DNA of 64,000 nucleotides. It comes from an uncultured Eubacteriales bacterium (GTDB lineage: Bacteria; Bacillota; Clostridia; Christensenellales; CAG-138). The translations under genes were made by a program, and so were the position numbers. This document shows positions 43,683 to 52,238 of the stretch, piece by piece (the stretch's first letter is position 1; each line of letters starts with the position of its first letter). The notes under the pieces were generated by a model. That model saw nothing but the letters and a program-made list of their open reading frames with translations. It did no database searches and had not been told where the DNA came from. Where the stretch lies: assembly GCA_900319345.1 (NCBI GenBank), contig ONNZ01000010.1, positions 12,946 to 76,945 of the forward strand. Reading direction: 5' to 3'.

Positions 43683-45155
43683 ATGATCGATCTTACCATC
43701 CATCCGGAAGCCCTGGAACGGAACGTCGAAGTGGCCCGCAAGAACCACATCATCCTGCCCACCTTCGAGCAGATGAAGCACCCCGAGCTGATCCCCGATA
43801 AGGTGAAGGAAGCTCTGAAGAACGTGGGTCTCTGGGACGTGAACCCCCTGAACTTGTTCCGCATCACCTGGCACAACGAGCCCGTCATGAACGGCGGCCA
43901 GTTCGGCGGCGTCAACTACATCGAGCTGCCCAGCTCCCTGACCGGCGTCAAGGCCCGCATCTTCTGCCTCATCGGCAAGTGGTTCCCCACGGGCTGCCAC
44001 AAGGTGGGCGCGTCCTACGGCTGTTTGGTGCCCCGCCTGGTCACCGGCCAGTTCGACGCCACCTACAACAAGGCCGTCTGGCCCTCCACCGGCAACTACT
44101 GCCGGGGCGGCGCCTTCAACAGCAAGCTCCTCGCGTGCGAGAGCGTAGCCATCCTGCCCGCCGAGATGAGCAAGGAACGGTTCGACTGGCTCAGCAAGAT
44201 CGCCGGCGAGGTCATCGCCACCCCCGGTTGCGAGAGCAACGTGAAGGAGATCTTCGACAAGACCTGGGAGCTGCGCCGCACCCGGGACGACGTGGTCATC
44301 TTCAACCAGTTCGAGGAGATGGGCAACTGCATCTGGCACTACCAGGTCACCGGCAACGCCATCGCCGAGGTCTTTGAAACGATCAAGGGCGAGGGCGACC
44401 GTCTGGCGGGCGCCTGCTTCACCAGTGGTTCCGCCGGCACCATGAGCGCGGGCGACCTGCTGAAGGAGAAGTACCCCCACCTGAAGCTGGCCGTGGGCGA
44501 GGCGCTCCAGTGCCCGACCCTCCTCGAGAACGGGTTCGGCGGCCACCGCATCGAGGGCATCGGCGACAAGCACGTGCCCTGGATCCACAACGTGAAGAAC
44601 ACCGACATGGTCATCGACATCGACGACGACGACTCCCAGAACCTGCTGCGCCTCTTCAACAGTGAGGAGGGCAAGAAGTACCTGGTGGAGAAGGCCGGCG
44701 TCCCCGCCGAGACCGTGGAGCAGCTGTCCCTCATGGGCATCTCCGGCATCGCCAACATGCTCTGCTGCATCAAGATGGCCAAGTACTACGAGCTCACCGA
44801 GCACGACATCGTGGCCACCGTCTGCACCGACTCCGCCATCATGTACGAGAGCCGCATCAAGGAGCTGGACGAGCAGCAGGGCGCCTACTCCGAGCTGGCC
44901 GCTGCCTACGACTTCGCCAAGCACCTGCAGGGCGTCCGCACCGACGCCATGCTGGAGCTCTCCTACCAGGATCGTAAGCGCATCCACAACCTGAAGTATT
45001 ACACCTGGGTGGAGCAGCAGGGCAAGACCTACGAGGAGATCAATCAGCAGTGGTACGACGAGCATTACTGGACCGACATGCACGAGCAGGCGGCCGATCT
45101 CGATAAGCTCATCAACGCCTTCAACGAGAAGACCGGCGTCCTGGCCGAGCTGTAA
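43683..45155 (+). CDS. Fold-type II PLP-dependent enzyme (cysteine-synthase/TrpB-like), function unknown
   Basis: 490 aa with a candidate PLP lysine in FPTGCHKVGASYG and a Gly-rich phosphate loop (TSGSAGT). Confidence 0.55.
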   Translation: MIDLTIHPEALERNVEVARKNHIILPTFEQMKHPELIPDKVKEALKNVGLWDVNPLNLFRITWHNEPVMNGGQFGGVNYIELPSSLTGVKARIFCLIGKWFPTGCHKVGASYGCLVPRLVTGQFDATYNKAVWPSTGNYCRGGAFNSKLLACESVAILPAEMSKERFDWLSKIAGEVIATPGCESNVKEIFDKTWELRRTRDDVVIFNQFEEMGNCIWHYQVTGNAIAEVFETIKGEGDRLAGACFTSGSAGTMSAGDLLKEKYPHLKLAVGEALQCPTLLENGFGGHRIEGIGDKHVPWIHNVKNTDMVIDIDDDDSQNLLRLFNSEEGKKYLVEKAGVPAETVEQLSLMGISGIANMLCCIKMAKYYELTEHDIVATVCTDSAIMYESRIKELDEQQGAYSELAAAYDFAKHLQGVRTDAMLELSYQDRKRIHNLKYYTWVEQQGKTYEEINQQWYDEHYWTDMHEQAADLDKLINAFNEKTGVLAEL

Positions 45156-45160
45156 GGGCC

Positions 45161-46402
45161 ATGAAGCGGGTATTAGGCTATCGCTGCACCCTCTGCGGGC
45201 AGGAGTTCCCCTTCGAGCCGGAGCGGTACACCTGCCCCCACTGCGGGGAAAAGGGCATCCTGGACATCGTCTACGACTATGGCGAGGTCAAGAAGGTCCT
45301 GACCCGGGAGACTTTGGCAGCCAACCGGGACAACAGCATGTGGCGGTATCGGGCCCTCATGCCCGTGGCGGACACCACGGACGTGAGCCGGTTCCTCCGC
45401 ATCGGCTGGTCGCCCCTCTATGAGTCCAGGAAGCTCCGGGACGAGCTGGGCTTGAAGGCCCTCTACATCAAGGACGACGGCATCAACCCCACGGCCTCCC
45501 TGAAGGATCGTGCCTCCGGCGTAGCCGTCGCCAAGGCCATCGAGCTGGGCTACGACACCATCTCCTGTTCCTCCACCGGCAACGCGGCCTCCTCCTGCGC
45601 GGGGAGCGCCGCCCGGATGGGCCTCAAGGCGGTCATCTTCGTGCCCAAGCGGGCCCCCCAGGGGAAGGTGGCTCAGCTCATGATCTTCGGCGCCCGCCTG
45701 GTGGTGGTGGACGGGGACTATGAGCAGACCTTCGAGCTCTCCCGTGCGGCCATCGAGAAGTACGGCTGGTACAACCGGAACGCAGGCATCAACCCCGTCA
45801 TGAGCGAGGGGAAGAAGACCGTGGCCATGGAGATCGCCGAGCAGCTTAACTTTCAGGTCACCGACTGGGTGGCCTGCTCCGTGGGCGACGGCTGCACCAT
45901 CGGCGGCGTGTACACCGGCTTCAAGGACCTCTACGAGCTGGGCATCATCGACCGGATTCCCCGCATCCTGGGCGTCCAGTCCACGGGCTGCTGCCCCTTC
46001 GTCAACGCGGACAAGGTGCCCGGCCACGAGCTGGTGCCCACCCCCGAGGAGACGTTGGCCGACTCCATCTCCGTGGGCGTGCCCCGGAACCCGAAGAAGG
46101 CCCAGCGGGCGGTCTACGCCTCCGACGGCCGCTGGATCGCCGTCAGCGACGACGACATCCTGAACGCCATGCGGCTCCTTGGTCGGAACGAGGGCGTGTT
46201 CTCCGAGCCCGCCGGGGCCACCGCCACCGCGGGCGTGAAGGCCGCTATGGAGCAGGGGATCATCCGTTCCCATGAGACCGTCACCGTCATCAGCACGGGC
46301 AGCGGCCTCAAGGACACGGCCAACGCCCTGAAGGCAGCCGGAAAACCATATATTTGTGCGCCATCACTGGACGCGCTGGAAAAAAGTGGTATACTCAAGT
46401 AA
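45161..46402 (+). CDS. Threonine-synthase/cysteate-synthase-family PLP enzyme with an N-terminal zinc ribbon
   Basis: 413 aa with a CxxC...CxxC ribbon (CTLCGQEF...CPHCGE) and the PLP lysine motif NPTASLKDRAS. It starts 5 nt after the previous gene. Confidence 0.7.
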   Translation: MKRVLGYRCTLCGQEFPFEPERYTCPHCGEKGILDIVYDYGEVKKVLTRETLAANRDNSMWRYRALMPVADTTDVSRFLRIGWSPLYESRKLRDELGLKALYIKDDGINPTASLKDRASGVAVAKAIELGYDTISCSSTGNAASSCAGSAARMGLKAVIFVPKRAPQGKVAQLMIFGARLVVVDGDYEQTFELSRAAIEKYGWYNRNAGINPVMSEGKKTVAMEIAEQLNFQVTDWVACSVGDGCTIGGVYTGFKDLYELGIIDRIPRILGVQSTGCCPFVNADKVPGHELVPTPEETLADSISVGVPRNPKKAQRAVYASDGRWIAVSDDDILNAMRLLGRNEGVFSEPAGATATAGVKAAMEQGIIRSHETVTVISTGSGLKDTANALKAAGKPYICAPSLDALEKSGILK

Positions 46403-46426
46403 GAAATCAATACAGGAGGTTCATTC

Positions 46427-47515
46427 ATGAAATACGGTCGTGTGTATAACTTTTCTGCCGGTCCCGCCATCATGCCGGAGCCTGTTCTGGAGGAGATCCG
46501 GGACGAGATGATGAACTACCGCGGCAGCGGCATGTGCGTCATGGAGATGTCCCATCGGTCCAAGGTCTTTCAGCAGATCATCGACGAGGCTGAGGCGGAC
46601 CTTCGCACCCTCATGGGCATCCCCGACAACTACAAGGTCCTCTTCATCCAGGGCGGAGCCACCCTCCAGTTCGCCATGATCCCCATGAACCTGATGAAGA
46701 ACGGCAAGGCCGTCTACATCGAGACCGGCGCCTGGTCCAAGAAGGCCATCGCCGAGGCGAAGAAGTACGGTGAGGTGATCGTGGCCGCGTCCAGCAAGGA
46801 CAGGAACTACGCCTACATCCCCGACTGCTCCGATCTCGACATCCCCGAGGATGCGGATTACGTCTACATCTGCGAGAACGAGACCATCCACGGCACCACC
46901 TGGCACAAGCTCCCCAACACCAAGGGCCACATTCTGGTGTCCGACCAGAGCTCCATGTTCCTGTCCCGCCCCTGCAACGTGGCTGATTACGGCCTCATCT
47001 ACGGCGGCGTCCAGAAGAACATCGGTCCCGCGGGCCTCGCTATCGTCATCATCCGCGAGGACCTGATCCGGGAGGACATCGATCCCAAGACCCCCATCTA
47101 CATGCGCTACGACACCCACTCGAACAACGGCAGCATGTACAACACCCCCAACTGCTGGGCCATCTACGTCTGCGGCAAGGTCTTCAAGTACCTGCTGAAG
47201 AACGGCGGTCTCGAGCATATGGCGGCGGTCAACGAAGCTAAGGCCAAGGTCATGTACGACTTCCTGGATGCGTCCAAGATGTTCCAGGGCACCGTGGACA
47301 AGAAGGATCGTTCCCTCATGAACATCCCCTTCGTCACCGGCGACAAGGACAAGGACGCTGCGGTCGTGGCGGCCACCAAGGCGGCCGGGTTCGACAACCT
47401 GAAGGGCCACAAGAGCGTGGGCGGCCTTCGGGCGTCCGTGTACAACGCCATGCCCATCGAGGGCGTGGAGGCCCTGGTGGAGTTCCTGAAGAAGTACGAA
47501 GCGGAGAACGCGTAA
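46427..47515 (+). CDS. serC: Phosphoserine aminotransferase
   Basis: 362 aa with the N-terminal NFSAGPA motif and a class V aminotransferase pattern. SD AGGAGG is present. Confidence 0.9.
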   Translation: MKYGRVYNFSAGPAIMPEPVLEEIRDEMMNYRGSGMCVMEMSHRSKVFQQIIDEAEADLRTLMGIPDNYKVLFIQGGATLQFAMIPMNLMKNGKAVYIETGAWSKKAIAEAKKYGEVIVAASSKDRNYAYIPDCSDLDIPEDADYVYICENETIHGTTWHKLPNTKGHILVSDQSSMFLSRPCNVADYGLIYGGVQKNIGPAGLAIVIIREDLIREDIDPKTPIYMRYDTHSNNGSMYNTPNCWAIYVCGKVFKYLLKNGGLEHMAAVNEAKAKVMYDFLDASKMFQGTVDKKDRSLMNIPFVTGDKDKDAAVVAATKAAGFDNLKGHKSVGGLRASVYNAMPIEGVEALVEFLKKYEAENA

Positions 47516-47530
47516 GGAGGATATTTCGGA

Positions 47531-48451
47531 ATGATCAAGATTCTTGCGTCTGACGGTATGGAAAAGGGCGCGGTGGCCGCGCTGGAAGCCAAGGGTTGCC
47601 AGGTGGATCAGCAGTTCTACGATCCCGAAGCCCTGAAGGAAGCCGTAAAGAACTACGACGTGCTGGTGGTCCGGTCCGCCACCAAGGTCCGCGCCCCCCA
47701 CATCGACGCGGCCAAGGAAGCGGGCAAGCTGAAGCTGGTCATCCGCGGCGGCGTGGGCGTGGACAATATCGACGTGAAGTACGCCGAGGCTAACGGCATC
47801 ACCGTCCGCAACACCCCCCGTGCCAGCTCCCAGTCCGTGGCAGAGCTCGCCATGGGCCACATGTTCGCCTGCGCCCGGTTCCTGTCCATCGCCGGTCACA
47901 CCATGCGGGAGGACAAGTGGGAGAAGAAAGCCTACGCCAAGGGCATCGAGCTCCAGGGCAAGACCCTGGGCATCATCGGCTTCGGCCGCATCGGCCAGCA
48001 CCTGGGCGTCATGGCCAAGGCCATCGGCATGAAGGTCGTGGCTTTCGATATCTTCCACATCCCCGGCATCGAGGAGCAGCTGGGCATCAACTATGTGGAG
48101 ATGGACGAGCTTTTGGCTGAGTCCGACTTCATCAGCGTCCATGCCCCCGCGGTGGACGGCGGCGCCATCATCAACGCCGACACCATCGCCAAGATGAAGG
48201 ATGGCGTGTGCATCATCAACACCAGCCGCGGCGCCAATCTCGACGAGGACGCCCTGCTGGCCGCCCTGGAGTCCGGCAAGGTCCGGGCCGCGGGCCTCGA
48301 CGTATACGCCTCCGAGCCCGCCCAGAACAAGGCCCTCTACAGCCACCCCATGGTGTCCTGCACGCCCCACATCGGCGCCTCCACGGTGGAAGCCCAGAAG
48401 CGCATCGGCCAGGAGATCGTGGACATCATCACCAAGCAGTTCGAGCTGTAA
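47531..48451 (+). CDS. serA: D-3-phosphoglycerate dehydrogenase (short form)
   Basis: 306 aa with the NAD motif GIIGFGRIGQ and 2-hydroxyacid dehydrogenase catalytic contexts (SRG...D, TPHIG). Confidence 0.85.
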   Translation: MIKILASDGMEKGAVAALEAKGCQVDQQFYDPEALKEAVKNYDVLVVRSATKVRAPHIDAAKEAGKLKLVIRGGVGVDNIDVKYAEANGITVRNTPRASSQSVAELAMGHMFACARFLSIAGHTMREDKWEKKAYAKGIELQGKTLGIIGFGRIGQHLGVMAKAIGMKVVAFDIFHIPGIEEQLGINYVEMDELLAESDFISVHAPAVDGGAIINADTIAKMKDGVCIINTSRGANLDEDALLAALESGKVRAAGLDVYASEPAQNKALYSHPMVSCTPHIGASTVEAQKRIGQEIVDIITKQFEL

Positions 48452-48474
48452 GCTGAATCGAAGAAACAACAACG

Positions 48475-48511
48475 GAGAAGCTCAAGATACCTTCTTGAGC
48501 TTCTCTTTTTC
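48475..48511 (+). terminator. Intrinsic terminator ending the ygeY-serA operon
   Basis: A 13-bp perfect stem, GAGAAGCTCAAGA / TCTTGAGCTTCTC, followed by TTTTT. Confidence 0.8.
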
Positions 48512-48522
48512 TATGGAGACAG

Positions 48523-48551
48523 CAAAAAAGCAGACGCGTTTTCGCATCTGC
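48523..48551 (-). terminator. Intrinsic terminator of the GNAT gene
   Basis: On the minus strand: GCAGATGCG aaaa CGCGTCTGC (one G-U pair) followed by TTTTTTG. Confidence 0.6.
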
Positions 48552-48599
48552 TTCACGAAATGCCGACGTATCGGGGCTACTGCTCCCGCAAGTATCGTT

Positions 48600-49151
48600 T
48601 CATCGCAGCCCGTCTACATAAATCTCCTTCGACACGGAGTACCATCTCAATTCGATCCCCTTGCCTTCCTTGGCCCAGGCGCCGTCATAGGACATGCCGC
48701 ATTTTTGCATGACCTTGCCGGAATTCGGGTTGTCCGGATGATGGCATGCCTTGACGCGCTGGACGCCTACCTGTTCGAAGAAAAACGCCATGAGGGCTCG
48801 CACGGCCTCCGCCACCAGCCCCTGTCCCCACCAGGGCTGACCGATGCAGTACCCGATCTCCACGGAACAGGTTCCTTCGTCGATCTTCACGCCGCTGATG
48901 CTGCCGATGGGCTGCCCCAGAGACTTGAGCTCGATAGCCCATTGATAGAAGGTGGGGTCGCCGTATCGATCGATCCAGCTCTTGACCACCATTTGGGTGA
49001 CGGACAGGTCCTGGTGGGTGGGCCAGGTCAGGTATCGGGTCACCATCGGGTCGCTGGCCCAATTTTGAAACATGGGAGCAGCATCCTCCGGGACGAAGGG
49101 CCGAAGGATAAGCCGGTCCGTTTCCAAGCGCGTTGTACCGAGATGGTTCAT
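48600..49151 (-). CDS. GNAT N-acetyltransferase (RimJ/RimL-like)
   Basis: 183 aa counted from ATG 49151 (SD GGGAGGA). The N-terminal sequence LETDRLILRPFVPEDAAPMFQNWASDP is typical of the family. Confidence 0.75.
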   Translation of the reverse strand: MNHLGTTRLETDRLILRPFVPEDAAPMFQNWASDPMVTRYLTWPTHQDLSVTQMVVKSWIDRYGDPTFYQWAIELKSLGQPIGSISGVKIDEGTCSVEIGYCIGQPWWGQGLVAEAVRALMAFFFEQVGVQRVKACHHPDNPNSGKVMQKCGMSYDGAWAKEGKGIELRWYSVSKEIYVDGLR

Positions 49152-49194
49152 CGTGATTTCCTCCCTGTGTTTGAGAACAAGTATACAGGAAGCC

Positions 49195-49617
49195 TTACCC
49201 ATTGGCAACCGATTTTTCAACCGTCGTTGCCCGCAGGAACAGGGCCGTCAGCAGGGAGAAGAGCAGGCACACGCCTCCCATCAGCCAGTATATGGGCGTA
49301 AGGGCGCTGGAGGTGCCGTAAATCGCCAAAGCGCCGGAAAAAAGACTGCCGACGGTCAGGGCAGAGATGCCGAAGTGCCATAGGAGCAGGGAAGCGTCCG
49401 GGGGCATCCTTTTTCCTTTTCTGGCAAGGAGCAGGGCAGGGAGGACGCCGCCCAAAAGGGGAAAGGCAAAGCCGTACAGCATGCCGTAGGCATAGACGCC
49501 GTGACTGAACGCCTCATACACCGCGCCGAACAGGGCGCAAAGGATGGTGACCAGCAGATATCGGAACGCCATTTTGGTATAGGCGCTTTGGATGGTTTCA
49601 AATGGTGATGCAGACAA
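49195..49617 (-). CDS. Small polytopic membrane protein
   Basis: 140 aa (or shorter, from M16) with four hydrophobic helices. It overlaps the end of the glycosidase gene. Confidence 0.45.
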   Translation of the reverse strand: MSASPFETIQSAYTKMAFRYLLVTILCALFGAVYEAFSHGVYAYGMLYGFAFPLLGGVLPALLLARKGKRMPPDASLLLWHFGISALTVGSLFSGALAIYGTSSALTPIYWLMGGVCLLFSLLTALFLRATTVEKSVANG

Positions 49618-50590
49618 TGTCGCTCACGCTCCTTTCCGTGATCCTTTTTCCGTTCGTGGTGGGATTGTTGACGACCTTGCCTTGAAAGACCATGGTGGAG
49701 GAGCCGCCGCCGTCCAGATTGTAGGCGGTCTCGGCGCCCAGATCCTGGAGCACCTGGGCCAGCTCCAGCAGCGACAGGCCTTCGCTTTCATTGGTCCGGC
49801 CATCGGACACCACGAAGAGGTAATGAAGATCGTCCACGATGCCGATGGCGGTGCGAGGGTTGCTGGCCTTCGCCCGGCCGACCTCGTCCCCAGCGTCCAC
49901 GGCGATCTCACCGTCGATCAGCAGCGCCGGGCCGAAGGATAGCACGTTCCAAGCGCCGTCGTTCAGCAGGTCCTGGGCGCTGATCTGGGACTCATTGATG
50001 ATCGCGAAGCTGCCGTCCTGATAGATCACCAGGTCTTCAGAATTCCTGTTGGCCTTGCTGCGATAGAGCACGCCGTTCCGGATCACATAGCCAGATTCCC
50101 GAGCGCCGTAGTAGTCCCCGTTGACGGCCAGGATGGCGTTGGCGTTCGCGGCGATGCTGCTGGTCTTTGCGGTCACGTTGCGCCCATAGACGCTTTTAGC
50201 AAAGGCGGTCTGCAGGTATTCGGGGGAGGACAGAATCACGTCTGCCACGTAGATAGTGGAATCATAGGCGCGGATCTCCTGGATGGTAATGGAGATGTTC
50301 CCATCGGAATAGGAATCCTCAGTGGAGATCACTTCAGCTGTGGCGGATGGCGCAGCGGTGGCCTCCAGGGTTGCTTCTGGCGTCTCCGCCTGGACGGGGG
50401 AGACGGAAACGGCGGTGGCCTCCAGGGTTGCCTCTGGCGTCGTGACGACCTCGGCGGCCTGTGTTGCGGCCTGCTCCTCCACCACGGCATACGAACGTTC
50501 CAGCACGAAGGTGTCCAGGGCGGCATAGACGGTGAAACCGAACAGAAGCAGGGCCCATAGCAGGACGATTGTCCTTTTGCTTTTTCTCAT
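49598..50590 (-). CDS. Phosphodiester glycosidase family protein (NAGPA/DUF2233-like), membrane-anchored
   Basis: 330 aa with an N-terminal TM helix and a TPEATLEATA x2 linker. It has the motifs AVNGDYYG and NLDGGGSSTMVF. Confidence 0.7.
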   Translation of the reverse strand: MRKSKRTIVLLWALLLFGFTVYAALDTFVLERSYAVVEEQAATQAAEVVTTPEATLEATAVSVSPVQAETPEATLEATAAPSATAEVISTEDSYSDGNISITIQEIRAYDSTIYVADVILSSPEYLQTAFAKSVYGRNVTAKTSSIAANANAILAVNGDYYGARESGYVIRNGVLYRSKANRNSEDLVIYQDGSFAIINESQISAQDLLNDGAWNVLSFGPALLIDGEIAVDAGDEVGRAKASNPRTAIGIVDDLHYLFVVSDGRTNESEGLSLLELAQVLQDLGAETAYNLDGGGSSTMVFQGKVVNNPTTNGKRITERSVSDIVCITI

Positions 50591-51255
50591 AGGCTGTCGC
50601 TCCCCTCCATCTTCTCACAGATCAATATCTCCAAATTCCCGTTGCGGCAGCGAAGCTCGTCCATGAACGCCTGGGAGGCGGCCAGGTCCTTGAGCTCGAT
50701 GTCATAGGAGAGCTTATAGAGGCTCCCCATATTGGTGGTTCGGGTCTTGATCAACCGATGGTTGTTCGTGTATTTGGCGAACAGATCGTCGAAGGCTCCC
50801 GTGAACTGCAGGGTCTCCGGGACGGTGATGTGCAGCTCGAAGGCGTTCTTCTGGCCGAAACTCAGGTGGGAGAGGACCAGGATCACCGCGCTCACGAGGA
50901 TGGTGAACAGCAGCGCGATGACCACATACCCGGCGGCGCAGGCAAGCCCGGCTGTCATCACCAGGAAGATGGCGGAGATGTCCTTGGCCTTCCCGGCTAC
51001 GGACCGGAACCGGACCAGGGAGAAGGCACCGGCCACGGCGATACCCGTGCCCACGCTGCCGTTGACCATCAGGATCACCGTGCACACCACCATAGGGAGG
51101 ACCACCAGGGAGATCAAAAACCCTTTGCTGGCCTCGCCCGTTTTGGCCGTCATCAGGGAAGCCACGAGCCCGCACAGGCCAGCCGCCGCGAGACAGGCCA
51201 GGAACATGCTGATGGAGAAGCCTCCCGACAAAATGGAATCAAAGATTGCTGACAT
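50587..51255 (-). CDS. DUF4956 membrane protein
   Basis: 222 aa with four TM helices and the LVRFRSVAGKAKD motif. It is coupled to the VTC gene (17-nt overlap) and to the glycosidase gene (ATGA overlap). Confidence 0.65.
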   Translation of the reverse strand: MSAIFDSILSGGFSISMFLACLAAAGLCGLVASLMTAKTGEASKGFLISLVVLPMVVCTVILMVNGSVGTGIAVAGAFSLVRFRSVAGKAKDISAIFLVMTAGLACAAGYVVIALLFTILVSAVILVLSHLSFGQKNAFELHITVPETLQFTGAFDDLFAKYTNNHRLIKTRTTNMGSLYKLSYDIELKDLAASQAFMDELRCRNGNLEILICEKMEGSDSL

Positions 51256-51985
51256 ATTTCAGTCCCCCTTTTAAAATGGTTTCGGTTGATGTTGCGGTCG
51301 TTACGAGCGAGCGAGTATAGGCTGTGCCGTACTTGGAGAAGGAGCTGGGCGTGATGGACAGCTCATTGAGCGACCTTGCAAAGGAAAGCGGCATGGCGCC
51401 TAAACTCTTGACCTCCATCAACTCCAGACCCATGGGGAGCAGCGAATCTCCCGCCGAACCATGCTCCAGCAGTAGGTCTGCTTGACGGGCTCGCGCCGCC
51501 GAATCGAAGGTGACGCGAAAGCTGGAATCGTCCGCCCAGGTGTACGCCTCCCGTTCGTAGGAGATCAGCATGGCGGGCTTGGGCCAACGATAGAACCGCA
51601 TGGCGTAGTCGATCTCCCGCCATATCTGCCCCTCCTCCGGCAGGATACCGCCGTTTAGGTACAGCTTTGCAGCGGAAAGGAGCAGGCTGACCCGGCGCTT
51701 GTAAACCACGCCCTGGTATTTTTTCTTCAGCTCCAGGTATACGGTCGAATCTGCCTTGGGGGTGCCGTAGCTCCTAAGCCGCAGCTTCTCCTTATAGGCG
51801 CCCGCGTCGATGGAGCTGCGGATGATCCGATGATCCGGCGTGTCCAGATACAGGCTGCAGATGGTGCTCTTTCCATATTCATCCAGCAGCAGCTCGCCTT
51901 TCATCCGCTGCAGCAATCGCTTCTTGGTGACCTCGTCCAGCAGATATTTGCGTTCGATCCTCTTAAAAATGTAGGCGGTTTCCAT
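51239..51985 (-). CDS. VTC (polyphosphate-polymerase catalytic, CYTH-like tunnel) domain protein
   Basis: 248 aa with basic-residue beta-strand motifs (FKRIERKYLL, SLYLDTPD, KLRLRSY, YLELKKK, YKRRVSL) that are typical of VTC domains by recall. Confidence 0.7.
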   Translation of the reverse strand: METAYIFKRIERKYLLDEVTKKRLLQRMKGELLLDEYGKSTICSLYLDTPDHRIIRSSIDAGAYKEKLRLRSYGTPKADSTVYLELKKKYQGVVYKRRVSLLLSAAKLYLNGGILPEEGQIWREIDYAMRFYRWPKPAMLISYEREAYTWADDSSFRVTFDSAARARQADLLLEHGSAGDSLLPMGLELMEVKSLGAMPLSFARSLNELSITPSSFSKYGTAYTRSLVTTATSTETILKGGLKYVSNL

Positions 51986-52064
51986 ACAAGATCATCTCCT
52001 CGTTTTGTTAGGCCAACTATATAGGGCAAAGTTTAAGTTAACCTAAAAGGCTGGTGTCGATTCC

Positions 52065-52092
52065 TGTAAACAATGTAAACAGAATGTGAAAC
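52065..52092. repeat. Three direct TGTAAAC-like repeats (TGTAAAC, TGTAAAC, TGTGAAAC), plus an inverted copy GTTTACA over the selD -35 (52178-52184)
   Basis: Read directly. The spacing is 9 and 11 nt. Confidence 0.35.
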
Positions 52093-52178
52093 GCCGACTG
52101 CATCCATGGCTCGTAAAAAGACAGGATATGAACTTTTACAAAAAGAATAACAGATGGAATTAACCTAGTATCACAAGG

Positions 52179-52207
52179 TTTACAAAGGAAGATTGCCGTG
52201 TTATACT
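52179..52207 (+). promoter_or_regulatory. Sigma-A-type promoter of selD
   Basis: TTTACA, a 17-nt spacer, then an extended -10 TGtTATACT. It lies about 32 nt before ATG 52239. Confidence 0.55.
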
Positions 52208-52238
52208 ATCGGAAGAAACGATAAAAGAGGGTAGGAAG

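Noticed and set aside
42621-45083. 820-aa minus-strand ORF
   Set aside because: It is antisense to ygeW and the 490-aa PLP enzyme. It shows the same low-complexity composition, with no SD and no recognisable motifs.
46421-48472. 683-aa minus-strand ORF
   Set aside because: It is antisense to serC and serA, both of which are unambiguous.
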